Part shown: piece after piece, positions 41,080-53,757 of the stretch
How positions within the stretch are numbered: position 1 is the first letter of the stretch
Layout: every line of letters starts with the position of its first letter
Source: Octopus vulgaris
Lineage: Eukaryota
Assembly: GCA_951406725.2 (NCBI GenBank)
Contig: OX597815.1
Coordinates: forward strand, 111,414,001-111,478,000
Direction of reading: 5' to 3'
DNA: 64,000 nucleotides
Program-made: the position numbers and the translations under genes
Notes under the pieces: generated by a model
The model's database searches: none
What the model was told of the DNA's origin: nothing
The model's input: the letters and a program-made list of their open reading frames with translations, nothing else

Positions 41080-41560
41080 ATAAGAATAATAGTCGAGCGA
41101 AAATAACGAAATAGTGTAATTTCTACCAATTCTCTCTCGGTTTTGTCCGAAAATCAATGAATATTCACTGTTGAATATGAAAAAAGACATCACTCGAAAT
41201 GAAGTAGAAGTAAAATTCTGATCAGAATGTTTGCATCTTTCGGAATTTAATTCAGGACGGGAAAAGCGAAATTTGCTAAATGTTTGAGAAATATTTTGAT
41301 GTTGAAAAAGTAAACTTGCAGACTTGCATGCTAGCAGAACATGCCCCAACGATGCCTAACATGAACAATGGCGACAATGAGCACCGTTATCAGAGCCATT
41401 CCATCACATCTGACTGGGTATTAAAATACATATTACACTGCTTTCAGGAGCAGCAACTCTGTGTACTTGAAGTAACTTATTCCACAGCAGCTTCAGTAAC
41501 GCATCAGTCTCCCTCGATAGCAGTGGACAGTGTTTCCTAAATTGCACTATAGTTGTAAAA
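41080..41560 (+). pseudogene. Possible hAT (Charlie/Buster-like) transposase fragment
   Basis: FVRK..FTVE, HAPTM (DGAPAM-like), LHCFQEQQLC (HCIIHQE.LC-like). Confidence 0.4.
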
Positions 41561-41960
41561 CTCTTTCTCTTCTCTATTTTAAATTGCTTTTGTCGTAATA
41601 TATTGCTTGAATTTGTCTGGCAGGATATATATTCTGTTTAGTATCTATCATATTTTAGATATTGTGTTCCACTCTGCACTTATCACTTCATTCGTGGCAT
41701 GATATATGGCTATGTCAGTCTCTAAGAAACTTGCTAGCACTCGGCAAAATGTAATATTAATAATGTCACATTATTAATGATATACCTGCCAAACTGCAGT
41801 TAACCATGCTATTATTACCTGTCTTACCTGAACCCTGTATTAATAACACTACGAAGAACCATTTATCGATAATTTTCCTTAGACATTAAAGTCACTTTCT
41901 TTTCGAATTTCACAAAAAGTCTTTAGCATGAACCCATTTTGTTGTCGGTCTGTTGCATTA

Positions 41961-42763
41961 TACTAGGGTGAGCTGAAAAGTCCATAGGCAAACTACAAAG
42001 GAGTGATGCTACAGCTGTGAAATTTTGCATGCATTAATCTCAAACCTCCTTTATGAATAAATACATTGCTTCATTTCAGGCAAACTGACAAATGATTGTT
42101 CAAAGAAAATTTCTAAAGTAACTAGCAGTGACCTCTCTTGAAAATGGATTTTGGCACCGTGGTGTTTTCAAGAATCTGCAGAAAAATGATGTAGCCCCCA
42201 ACGATATTCGCGCAGACATAGTTGCTATATCAAGAGATTAGGCTCCACATTTATCGACAGTACAGAAGTGGTCATCTAAATTTAGGAGGGAAAGGGGATT
42301 CTTGAAGATGATACAAAATCTGGAGTTCCTTCAACTGCAAATATCGAGGAAAACATTGATCGTATATACGAAATGCTGATGGATGACAGGCAATTTACTA
42401 TCAGTTAGCTTGTTAATACTATCGTGTAAGAGTTGAGAATATTCTGCACAATAAAATTGGCATGACGGATATTTCTGCCTGCTCAGTGGGTGACACGTAG
42501 GAAGACACCTGATCAGAGATGCACTATGCTGATCACAAGAAAATTTGACATTGTTTGAGGCAGATACAGGTGGTTTCTTGGAATGTCTCCAAAACCAGGA
42601 TTAGCGTTGGGTTCATCACTATGAGCCCGAGACAAAGAGACAATCTATACAATGAAAACTCCCTTCTTCCCTTGCTCCAAAGAAGGCCACGTTCGTTTCA
42701 TGGTCTACTTTTTTGGGATGCAAAAGTCATTGTTTATTGACTATCTTCAAAGGAGCCACACCA
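41961..42763 (+). mobile_element. Decayed mariner, 3'-truncated at a microsatellite
   Basis: TIR-like TACTAGGGTGAGCTGAAAAGTCC; APHLSTVQKWSSKF, LEDD..SG.P, WVTR, WVHHYEPETKRQS, IDYLQ. Confidence 0.85.
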
Positions 42764-43322
<559 letters not shown>

Positions 43323-43829
43323 GGAGGTGTATGATTGCGTATAAAAGAATATTATATTATTACTCTAAGAAATTCCGACTTTGATTTTCCCGTTTTATTA
43401 ATTGATTGTTGCTTTCCAGACATGTGGGTATATACACAATATATATATATATATATATATACTGTTGTGTCCGGGGAGAGTCATTGTCTTTTAGTGCCTT
43501 ATTATTTAACACACTCACCGGTAAAATTTCCACTTATTTCATATTTTTACTTTCTAAAATTTTCGTTGCGTCTTGCAGCCTTTTCAATAGTCTTGACTCT
43601 GTCCGTTATTTACACTGCGTTCCCTTTTGTTTGTTTGGACGCATGTGTGTGGGTCAGTGTGTGTGTGTGTGCCTATACATGCATACATGTACGTATGTAT
43701 GTGTGTGTGTGTTTGCATGTGTATGTATATATTTGTGTGTATGCATTTGTATGTATATATGTATGTGTGTGCATCTGTATGTACGTATCCTGCATATTTA
43801 TGTTCTTGCAAATCAAATCCAAAAATGAA

Positions 43830-43873
<44 letters not shown>

Positions 43874-44237
43874 ATGTTTGTGGGTGTGTGTGGGGGTGTG
43901 ATTGTGTGTGTGTTTGTGCGTGTGTGTTAGATATAACAAAGCCAAGGCTGTGAGGAACTTTCCGGACATTTATAATGAAATAGTCTTACAGCTGTCTCTG
44001 GGATATTATGCATACGTACATATGCCATTATACCTTCTTTCCTCCTCTATGATTCTTCCTTACCACTAGTCTATTTGTAGTAATTTGGCATCTTTGTATT
44101 CTTCACTTCACTTCAAATTATATTATCAAAATTACTACTTACTTCAGTATCACTCCACGCATAACTTTTCTCTATAACTATATACCTGTATAAAAAATGT
44201 ACATAAATATATAAATATACACAAATATATATGAATC

Positions 44238-44320
<83 letters not shown>

Positions 44321-46460
44321 TTAAAATATATAAATATATATAATTATAAATATATATAAATATATAAATATATATAAATATATATAGATATATAAATATA
44401 TATAAATATACAAATATATATAAATATATTTACTACGTAGCAACGTAAAAATTCTATCGTCTGCAGTAAGGTTGATTCATTTCCCATTAATACATCAAAA
44501 TCAAGTTGAGTTGTACTTATTAAGTACTTGATTTCAGCAGCTGTGGCTCTGTCGATAATATTTTGTGGTTACCGATGATAACTAACTTTAAAAGGATATA
44601 ATCGAACAAATATTTATTGGCGTATTTCGCTTATCTAGAATACTGTGCGTAAAAAAGTTGTATTTAATAATCTTATTTTATGTGACATTTGCTTTTTTAT
44701 TAAAACTGCGAAAACAAAACAGCTAAGGAATGAATTATAATAATAAATGTTTTAGTGTTTGACCTTACACCATCAAGAATGACTAAAACACTGGATTGGC
44801 TTTCTATTCGAGTATTATCTAAATTGTGATTAAATGAATAGAAGTAATTAAAGTTTTACCATCTGCATATATTGAATCGTTAAAGCAATAGAAGGCATTA
44901 TCTATGATCAATTTATAACTGTCTTATTATACAATGAATCACGGTTATATGTAGGTGAATATTGATATTATTAGCTTTATTTGGGTTACAGTAGATCTGA
45001 TGTTAATGAAATTCACTACATTACAGGAATTTGGCCATTGGCGCACATAGGTTCGACCATATAACCAGATTTGAATTAGCACCTAGATCAAATTGAAAGT
45101 CCGCGGAAGCTGAACACAAATTCTAAAGATGAGTACTTTTACTTTTGAAGTGTACTTACATGTAATATATTCCATACCAGAAGATCTTGTAACATGTAAG
45201 CTCTTATTTCCGTAATGTTATACAGAATAAGCTGAACGAACCACTGCATCATAAGGAAAGCCAAGAATGGAAAGAATATTATAAAATAACATTGCTCTTT
45301 TTAAATATGATTGCCTGTATGCAAATACCTCTTTCCACATCGAGAGAAAGATCTAGCGAGATCTGTCTTCTTCGTGGAAGCACAATAACACGTAAGACAT
45401 TGTCTCACTACTGTCTTCACCATATCCGTTCCCAAAGACATTAAACAAATCAATACATCCATTATACAACAACATATCGTCATTTCCCAAATGCTATAAA
45501 GAACGTTATTAATATTTTGCTATTTCGTTAAATCTAGAAAATTACTATATTTATTTGGATTGTATGTGGTTATTTGTTTGTTTATTGCAAATAAATATTA
45601 TATGCCTGTGGTGGAAAATTGTGACTGGGAAAATGATTTAATTTGTGTCTTGCATTTGTCTTCAGTACTGTTAAATTTTACAATCAGTAAGCAGCTACAC
45701 ATATTGGCTTCAAGTCGAAAACTTGCGCAGACAAGATATCAAATTTCTGTATAATGCAATTGTACATATGATCATGAATAATTTGAATTACAGGTTAGAG
45801 AATTTTAAATTGTCAGTGCTTTCTCACGAAACCCAACAAAGTGTACGCTATTGTAGAATAGAATCATATTGGTTTCAAATTTTAGCACAATGCAAGGAAT
45901 ATCGGCGGAGGGAACTAAATCGATTATATCAACCTCAGTCCGCACCTGGCACTTATTTTATCGACACCGAAAATACAAGGTAAAGTCAACCTTGGCAGAA
46001 TCTAAATCCTTTTACCGAATTCTATGCCTCTTTGTTGCTAATATTTACAACTTTTAAATGCGTTTTATTTTATTCATTAATTCTACTTTGATTATTTATC
46101 ACATTTTTATATGGCTTTATAATCATTTCAGGGCCATATTTCAGTTCTGCGCTATCTGTAGAGCTGTCATAACTTATAAACCACTTCATGTCATTGTTTA
46201 AACAAATATACATATTCATAGCTGTATATAATCTCCATCTATTTACATTAAATATTTAGCTATATATATATATATATATATGCTAGAAATCTGAATAGCA
46301 GATGTTAACAAATATTTCCAATACACATTTCTAAAATACATTTTACTTCAGAATATATATAATAATATTATTGTGTTATATTAATTGTTCAGATTCAGCT
46401 TAAACCATCTTGCGCACGCCAGCGATCAACGCGTAGTGTGTCAACCATATCAATAATTGC

Positions 46461-47130
46461 ATTGGGTCATCCCATAAATACAGTGGTATTTTCAGCTGCT
46501 TGACCAAAAAGTCGGTGGGGGTGGGGGGGGGATAAACTACCTGCATGAACTTGCTATAAAAGCAGGCAGTAATTTTACCGTGTCCTTATTCTTAGTGTAA
46601 GTATTGAAGAGTGCAGTTCGATTTTAACAGTTATTTTTTTTCAAAGTTGTAATAGAAGTGACGAAGGAGCATATTCGGCATATTTTACTTTATGAGTTCA
46701 ATAAAGGTAACAACGCAAGAGAAAGAATATTAACGCAGTATATGGGGATCGGACAATAAGCGAAAGCCTGTGTCAACGGTTGTTTCAGAAGATCTGTAGA
46801 GCTCGACGATGACGACTTGCAAACTCTGGTGGAACTAGCAGACAAGCTTGGAACTACCGTGAGGAACTAGCAGACAAGCTTGGATTTGGTCGTTCAATCA
46901 TTCATCGACAGCTGCGTGCCATCGGAAATGCCAGAAAATTGTGTCAGTGTGTTTCTCAAACTTTTCGAGTAGAATTGCGCGCAGAGAGTGGACGTGTGCT
47001 CTTCTTTGCTATCACGTCTTACGAATGAACCTTTCTTGGACCAAATAGTGACTGGTAACGAGAAATGGTTTCTCTATAAGCGCCAAAGAAAGTGGGTAGG
47101 GAAAGGAGAAAGACCAACACCCCGGACTAA
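46461..47130 (+). mobile_element. Decayed mariner (second subfamily), 5' half
   Basis: TIR-like ATTGGGTCATCCCATAAAT; KEHIRHILLYEFNKGNNA..INAVYG..CQR.FQK, FLDQIVTGNEKW; internal duplication of GGAACTAGCAGACAAGCTTGGA. Confidence 0.85.
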
Positions 47131-47249
47131 CGAAGGGGATATATGTAGGATAAAACTATAATCAAACAGAGAAAGGATACAAATTAAAGAATTAAAATTT
47201 AAACGATAAAAGTTAAAAATATGTAAATTACAAGTTAAAAATTTAAGGA

Positions 47250-47790
47250 ATAAAGTTAGCTAGCTTCTAAAGCACTTATGTTGATAGAGAAGAAAAAGAA
47301 AAGAAAAGGAAAATGTTCGTATATTATAACAACCGTGGAAATATTTAGGTAAGTGTTATGTGTTGCAAAAGGACATATGCTTATACGTTGAAAATGCGCC
47401 CTGTTGTTTATTGAGTAATTGCGGAGAAGTATGAATAAAATATTTGGAGGGCTTCTTTCATGTGGAGACCACATGTGGAGCGCTGGCTGATATCCTATAC
47501 GGTACTTTTCTATTTATTAGATGCTGTATGCAGTTTGCTAGGGACGGGGATTTGCTATGTTCTTATTTAAATGAATTTACATGTCCAGAATGTCTCTGAT
47601 TAAAATTAATATTAGACCCGATGTAGTAGCTTATAGAATTATGTAATATGTTGTGGACAATGCATTTGTATACTACATTAAACCTTCTGCAGGGGGCTTT
47701 CTGTGGCATTCGGTCTCGGATCTTCAGTTGCAGCTATCCATCTATGCGGGTTAGTTGCGGCGAGGGAAGATGTACTATTTATAGACAAGC
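47250..47790 (-). pseudogene. PLE GIY-YIG endonuclease fragment (second lineage)
   Basis: SCN*R..EC..NVVYKCIV..YYIGS..FNQRH..HVNSFK..SLA; parallels CNCRRKDEC..NVVY..NHLSSF at 59233-59520. Confidence 0.7.
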
Positions 47791-48257
47791 TAAAGTTAGT
47801 AGTAGTAGTAGCAGCAGCAGCAGTAGTAGTGGTTGAGTAATAGTAGTATTATTATTACTAGTAGTACTGGTCGTATTAGAGTTATTGACTACATAAATAT
47901 AATCATAACAGCGAATAGACTAACACCGAACATTTTATCATAAACTACACCCGTAAACCTAGGAATATAACCAGCATAAACCAGGATGCGAACATTCCCG
48001 CTTCCGAGGAAGGTCGGAGTACGGTTATAACGAATGTTAATACTAAAGCACTACTACTACTAACGCCAATACTAACTCTTCGGCGGAGTTACGATGTAAG
48101 CACGTGCAAAAAACCTCTCATTACTTTTTTTTATTTTTTTACGGATTTTCTGCATAACGTAATTAAAACGATATTGCAAAGAAAAAAAAAAAATTTTTTG
48201 CTAATTTCCAAAACTTTTCACTGTTTTTCTATCTCTATATATTTTTTAATTCGCGCT

Positions 48258-49386
48258 TTTAAAATACGAACAGTCCGATTCGGCCATTCGTTTCTCTTTA
48301 TAATTTCCAAATATTTTTTTAATACTAAATTTTAGACAATCACCGAAAATTATATTATTAAAATAAATTATTTGTAACACACCTTTAAATTATTGCAGAT
48401 AAATTTCCGTTATGTGCTTTATAAACGTATTATAATTCTCCCAGGAATTGTCACATTTCATACCAGTATAATCCCTGTAGATCGACATGCGACCGGCGCA
48501 TATCGCCACTAGATCTACATATGTACTTCAGTCTCTGTTTAATTCGTGCCCGTATTAATAGATTTTTATAGCTCGACCACATATCCGTAAACATACTGGA
48601 ACCTGCTTCAACATTTTCAATAATGACCACTTCTAGTAACTCTGCTTTTCGGTCAGGAACAAGTTGCAGGTAACCTTGTTATCATATATCCCAAGTATCC
48701 CAAACTTCTTCACCAGTCTTTCAACTTCATTTTTCCTCTTAAAAGGAAAGCTTTCGACTGCTTGGACTTCATGGTTCGAGCGACCAAATTTCTTCTTGTC
48801 TTGTAATAATTTTTGGGTACATATTTGCCTGCAATAGTCATACCATTATGCGGCTGTTTGTCTGCTAATATTGTTCTTGTACATGCAGCTTGTCACTGGC
48901 ATTTCACATATGAAGTCTAGGATTATGTGAAAAAGTGTGAAGACAAGCAATTGACCTTTTTTTTCCATAGACGAAAGCTTTCGCCTCTCATTTTGTAGAT
49001 CCATGCCTGGTGGATGTACAAACAACGTAGAACTATAGTGGGCATGAATTAAATGGAGGCTGAATATTTACGCGGATCATGTGGAGATATGCACCGGTCC
49101 CATGTCGATCTACAGCGATTATATTGGCATGAAATGTGACAATTCCTAGGAGAATTACTACACGTTTATAAATCATATAGCGGAAATTTATCCGCAATAA
49201 TTTAAAGGTATTTAACAGATAATCTATTTTAATAACATAATTTTCTGTTAGGAGACGATTATCTCTTACTCGCTCAAGCGCGATTATTTCAAAGGTTTTT
49301 TTACTTTAATTTCGAAGCATTTAGAAAATTATTTGGAAGTTATACAGAGAAACGAATGGCAGAATCGAGACTATTCGTATCTTATA
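48258..49386. mobile_element. Head-to-head inverted pair of Merlin (IS1595/ISXO2-like) transposase relics
   Basis: ~300-bp inverted arms; minus copy WYDYCRQIC, EVQAVESF.FKRK, LVPDR, IIENVEAGSSMFTDMWSSYKNL; plus copy IDESF..HFVDP..CTNNVE..WA.IK. Confidence 0.8.
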
Positions 49387-49879
49387 CCCAATTGTTTGAA
49401 AGCTAAAATCTAGCGGAGTACAATAACAATAAACTTGAATATTTCAGACGATCTTGAAATTCATGTTATTCTCGAAGAGTACAGATTGCAAAATATAATT
49501 CGCTACGGGCTTCAATGCTTGACAAGCTCAGAAAGATAATATAAATTATTCTTTGTGCTGGAATTTTCATTTTTAAAGGCGACTCAAAAACTATTGTGAA
49601 ATTACATCATAGAAATTGCAATATTTCAGCTTTTGTATCACAATTATAATCACATAGCACCTTCTAAGCTTAAAGAAAAATTTATTTTCAGATTGAAACA
49701 ACCATACAATTGAAGTTATTCGCTCCAAAATGTGAGTAATTCATTTAAATACATGAGGCAATTTAGACTCACATGTCCGCAAAATTTATTAGCATTTCAT
49801 CCTACACATTTAAAAGAAAATTAAACTGCGATCTGCCACTGAGGTCTGCCACTATACCGTCTGAATTTTAAATACAAGC

Positions 49880-50280
49880 CAATGGAACAGTAAATATACA
49901 GGATCGCGTTTGTGAGTCATGGTGCTGATGTTTTTGTTAGCAATATATGACTTGAAAACCTAACTCTCAAGCGAAATACTATCTTTTTCTAAACACGCAT
50001 TGGAGTAATTTTCGAAATGAGAAATACAATATTTGTGTAAGACTGTTACACGTGAATAGATCGCGTAAATCCGATTTAATGAAGAAAAGATTTACAACTA
50101 AATCTTCTAGACAAAATATCCGTTGGGAACTGGAGTTTGTTCTTGAACATGGGCAATTTAACATTCTGATAATTTGAGTCTTTAGGTTACACCTTAAATC
50201 AAGAATTCCACTAATGAGTTGAATCAAGTAACCCCCTTCTCTTGTCAATAAACATATCGTTCGTATTTCAAGTTAACGTA
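49880..50280 (-). pseudogene. Possible hAT (TTF zinc-finger type) transposase N-terminal remnant
   Basis: QFPTDILSRRFSCK..SLTQILYF..GF..HHDS resembles FP.D..RRF..YS..YCF.C..GF..HE.S. Confidence 0.35.
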
Positions 50281-50295
50281 TGATAATTATACAGC

Positions 50296-51592
50296 TACGA
50301 GGGACGTTCAATAAGTAATCCCCCTGACCCACTTGCAGTTGTTTGATCTAGCTGAAATTTTGCATATGCAATTATCTGTATCTCCATCGATTATGCGGAA
50401 AATTACAGCTCTGAACTGATTGTGGCTTCTGATTTACAGGTGTTTGAACTGAGTCAAGTGTGAAATGGAGCCTGTTGAGTGTCGAGCAGTGATCCGGTTT
50501 TTGTATTTGAAAGGACGCACACCACGGGAGACTTTTGATGAAATGAAAGTAACTTATGGTGATGATGCCCCATCATATGACCTTGTAAAACGCTGGCATC
50601 GTGAATTCAAACATGGTAGGAACTCTGTGGAAACAGCTCCCAGATCTGGTCAACCCCCTTCTGCCATTGATGAGGCATCTGTCCGTCAAGTTGAAGCTGC
50701 CATTTTGGAAGATCGACGCATAACAATTCGCCAAATAGCCCATCAGGTCAAGATTAGAACCGGGCCTACGGAAACTATCATTCATGACCATTTGCATATG
50801 CAAAAGGTGTCCGCCAGTTGGATTCCCAGGTTGCTCACACCTTTCCAGAAGCAAGAACGCGTCAAGTGCTCGAGGATGAATTTGGAGATGTTCAAAGAAG
50901 ATGAGTCAAAATTTTTCAAAAGACTGATTACACAGGATGAAACCTGGGTCCATCACTATGATCCAGAGACCAAAGCCCAGTCAATGCAGTGGAAGCACCG
51001 TGACTCACCTCCTCCAAAGAAGGCAAGGGTGTAGCTCTCCGCTGGCAAGGTCATGCTCACAGTCTTCTGGGACCAGGACGCAGTAGTGATGACAGATTTC
51101 CTGGCAAAGGGTACCACAATTACAGGAGTCTATAATGCTTCACTTTTGAGGAAATTAAGAGAAGCTATCAAAATCAAGAGGCGGGGCAAGATCAGAAAAG
51201 ACATCCTCCTCCTGCAGGACAACGCTCCGGTCCACAACTCGCGTGTCGCCAGATCAGAAGCACAGGCGTGTGGCTATGAACTCCTCCCCCATCCCCCCTA
51301 CTCTCCTGACCTTGCACCCTCTGATTTTCACCTCTTCCCAGCCATGAAGTTGTTTTTGAAAGGAAAGCGGTTCCCAGATGATGCAGCCTTGATTTTTGAA
51401 GTCACGTCGTGGTTGGAGGACCAAGCTGGGGTCTTCTACAAAAACGGTCTCCAGAGCTGCATCAAACGATGGGAGAAATGCGTAACTCTGTGTGATTCCT
51501 ATGTAGAAAAAGACTAATAACTGTGCTAAATTTCGTTGCTCTACTGCTATGGGAAGTGGGTCAGTGGCATTACTTATTGAACGCCCCTCGTA
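50296..51592 (+). mobile_element. Full-length mariner (DD34D) transposon including TA target duplications
   Basis: TA-CGAGGGACGTTCAATAAGTAATCCCCCTGACCCACTT and AAGTGGGTCAGTGGCATTACTTATTGAACGCCCCTCG-TA; ~1.3 kb. Confidence 0.97.
50465..51517 (+). pseudogene. mariner transposase, 350 codons, one in-frame TAG at 51032-51034
   Basis: ORFs 50465-51034 and 51053-51517 share a frame; WIPRLL, TQDETW, QDNAPVH, YSPDLAPSD with 34 residues between the second and third catalytic D. Confidence 0.95.
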
Positions 51593-52019
51593 TGTACCAT
51601 TGTGTGACTTTGAAGTTTGTGTTTTAATCTTGACATTTAATATCTGTGGTGTTCGAAAGCAGAACTTTATTACCAAGAATGTGATAGAGTTCCAAAGCCA
51701 AACTCTTCGTATTTAAGGTTTTTCGTTTATCATCTCCTTTATCGTCTCCCTTCGAATGCATTATAAAATTTCAGTAATAATTTCGCTACTAGCCATTTCA
51801 TAGACGTGTTATCTTATGATATACCTCGTACAAAATCCATGCGTTATCTGGATTCCTTACCTTTTGTTGGGCCACGTTCATATAAGATGTGTTTAAATTT
51901 CTAAGTCGCAATTTGCATACCGACACAAATACATTAAGTTACATTAAGTCAAGTTACTTAGGTTACTGGTCGGTAAATTACAGTGCCAACACATAGTGTA
52001 ATATATTACTTTTCTGCCG

Positions 52020-52385
52020 AATGACTTCAAGGAAGACATACTAATCTGGGTATGGCGTGGATTGATTTTTAAAATAGTGTATGCCATGGTCTCCCATTCT
52101 GGGTTTTGAGAAAGTCTTGAGTTTGTGCAGTGTTCTGATAACGTTTTAAATTTTGTCGGAAGATCAATGGCGAATTGGAAAAAAGAGTTAACATCATGTA
52201 GAAAATATTTGGTGAAGATTAACATGAAGAGATGCATATTTGAGGGAAACTGGATGTCACCATTGACGTTTGTGATTTGTATGATACCCCTCACACAGAT
52301 ATTAGGAAAAGTGGTATCAGTGTACACTTTGATAAATGGAGAAAAAATGAAATCCCCTGTTATATATGGATGGTTTAAAGGTCTC
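52020..52385 (+). pseudogene. RLE-LINE reverse transcriptase fragment
   Basis: NLGMAWIDF..MVSHS..SMANWK..RCIFEGNWMSPLTFVICMIPLT..LLYMDGLK. Confidence 0.85.
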
Positions 52386-52907
52386 CAGTAAGACTGAACC
52401 TGAAATAAATGTAGTGTAGTGAAACCTCCTGCTGCTGCTGCTGCTGATGATGATGATGATAATAATAATAATAATGATAATAATAGTAATAATAATAATG
52501 ATAACGATAATTATTATTATTGCTATTGTTATTATTATTACTAGGGGCAGCAGCAGCAGGAACAGCAGCAGCAGCTGCAGCAGCAGTAGTAGTAGTAGTA
52601 GTAGTAGTATTTTCCTTATCTTCTTTCAATTCTATTTCCATTTCTTGCCGAGTGACTTCCTGACACCTAGGGCAGAGAAATTCACTATATACATTGGTAA
52701 GCCATTAAAATTTACAAAGTCATGTGATAGAGAAAGGGGGATAGAGACAGAGAGAAAAAATTAAACAATAAAAACTAAAAAAGTAAACAAAGAAAATAAA
52801 GGGGGAAAAGGGAGAGAAAATTCACAGCGACAATGCTCATGTCAATATTTGTAACATACCACTTAAGATAATCTTTTTCACTTCCTGAATGGATTATTAT
52901 GATTATA

Positions 52908-52955
<48 letters not shown>

Positions 52956-52980
52956 TTTATTTTTATTATCATTATCAGTA

Positions 52981-53021
<41 letters not shown>

Positions 53022-53568
53022 GAGTGAGAGAGCAGTTCATGCTGTCAATGTAACAGTGGGGTAAAATATACGAAGCCCATTATACCCATCATGACAACCC
53101 GTCTGATAAGGGTACACTAGGCACATGCATCACAACTATATGTGCTCGACATGGTGATCTCATATCAAGATAAACAGCGCATGACCTTGCAGTTAGAATT
53201 TTCCTCTGGTCGAGTAACCCATCCCGCTCAAAAGGTCTTTGAATAAGGGTTGTTTAAGGATGTTTAACGAACCACCCATGTTTCCAAAGGTGAATTATCC
53301 AAACCTCCAAGAATTCCTCTCAACACACGGCTATGATGCTCCCCCACCCATCCTACTCGTGATCAGAGATGCACATATCGTCAGCCACCAAGGGACTTGC
53401 ACAACTGGTTAAGGTCAAACAACTGACAAGCAAATCTGTGGTATTGAGCAGAATATTTGCTGTAGCCCATCTTTTATACCAAGACAAAACAATGTACATG
53501 ATAACACTTCCAATCAGTTAAGATTAGAAGCCACGAGAGCCACTGCCTGGTATTGCATCAGAGCATTG
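53022..53568 (-). mobile_element. ~550-bp non-coding element embedded in (TAA)n
   Basis: Sharp ends with (ATT)n on both flanks; second copy at 15038-15546; no ORF and no clear pol III boxes. Confidence 0.85.
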
Positions 53569-53609
53569 ATTATTATTATTGTTATCATTATTATTGTTGC
53601 TGTTGTTGT

Positions 53610-53661
<52 letters not shown>

Positions 53662-53690
53662 AGTACTACTACTACTACTACTACTACTAC

Positions 53691-53757
<67 letters not shown>

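Noticed and set aside
43558-43595. Minus-strand TTGAAAA-GGCTGCaagacGCAAC-GAAA motif
   Set aside because: The core is too divergent and there is no convincing stem I or III
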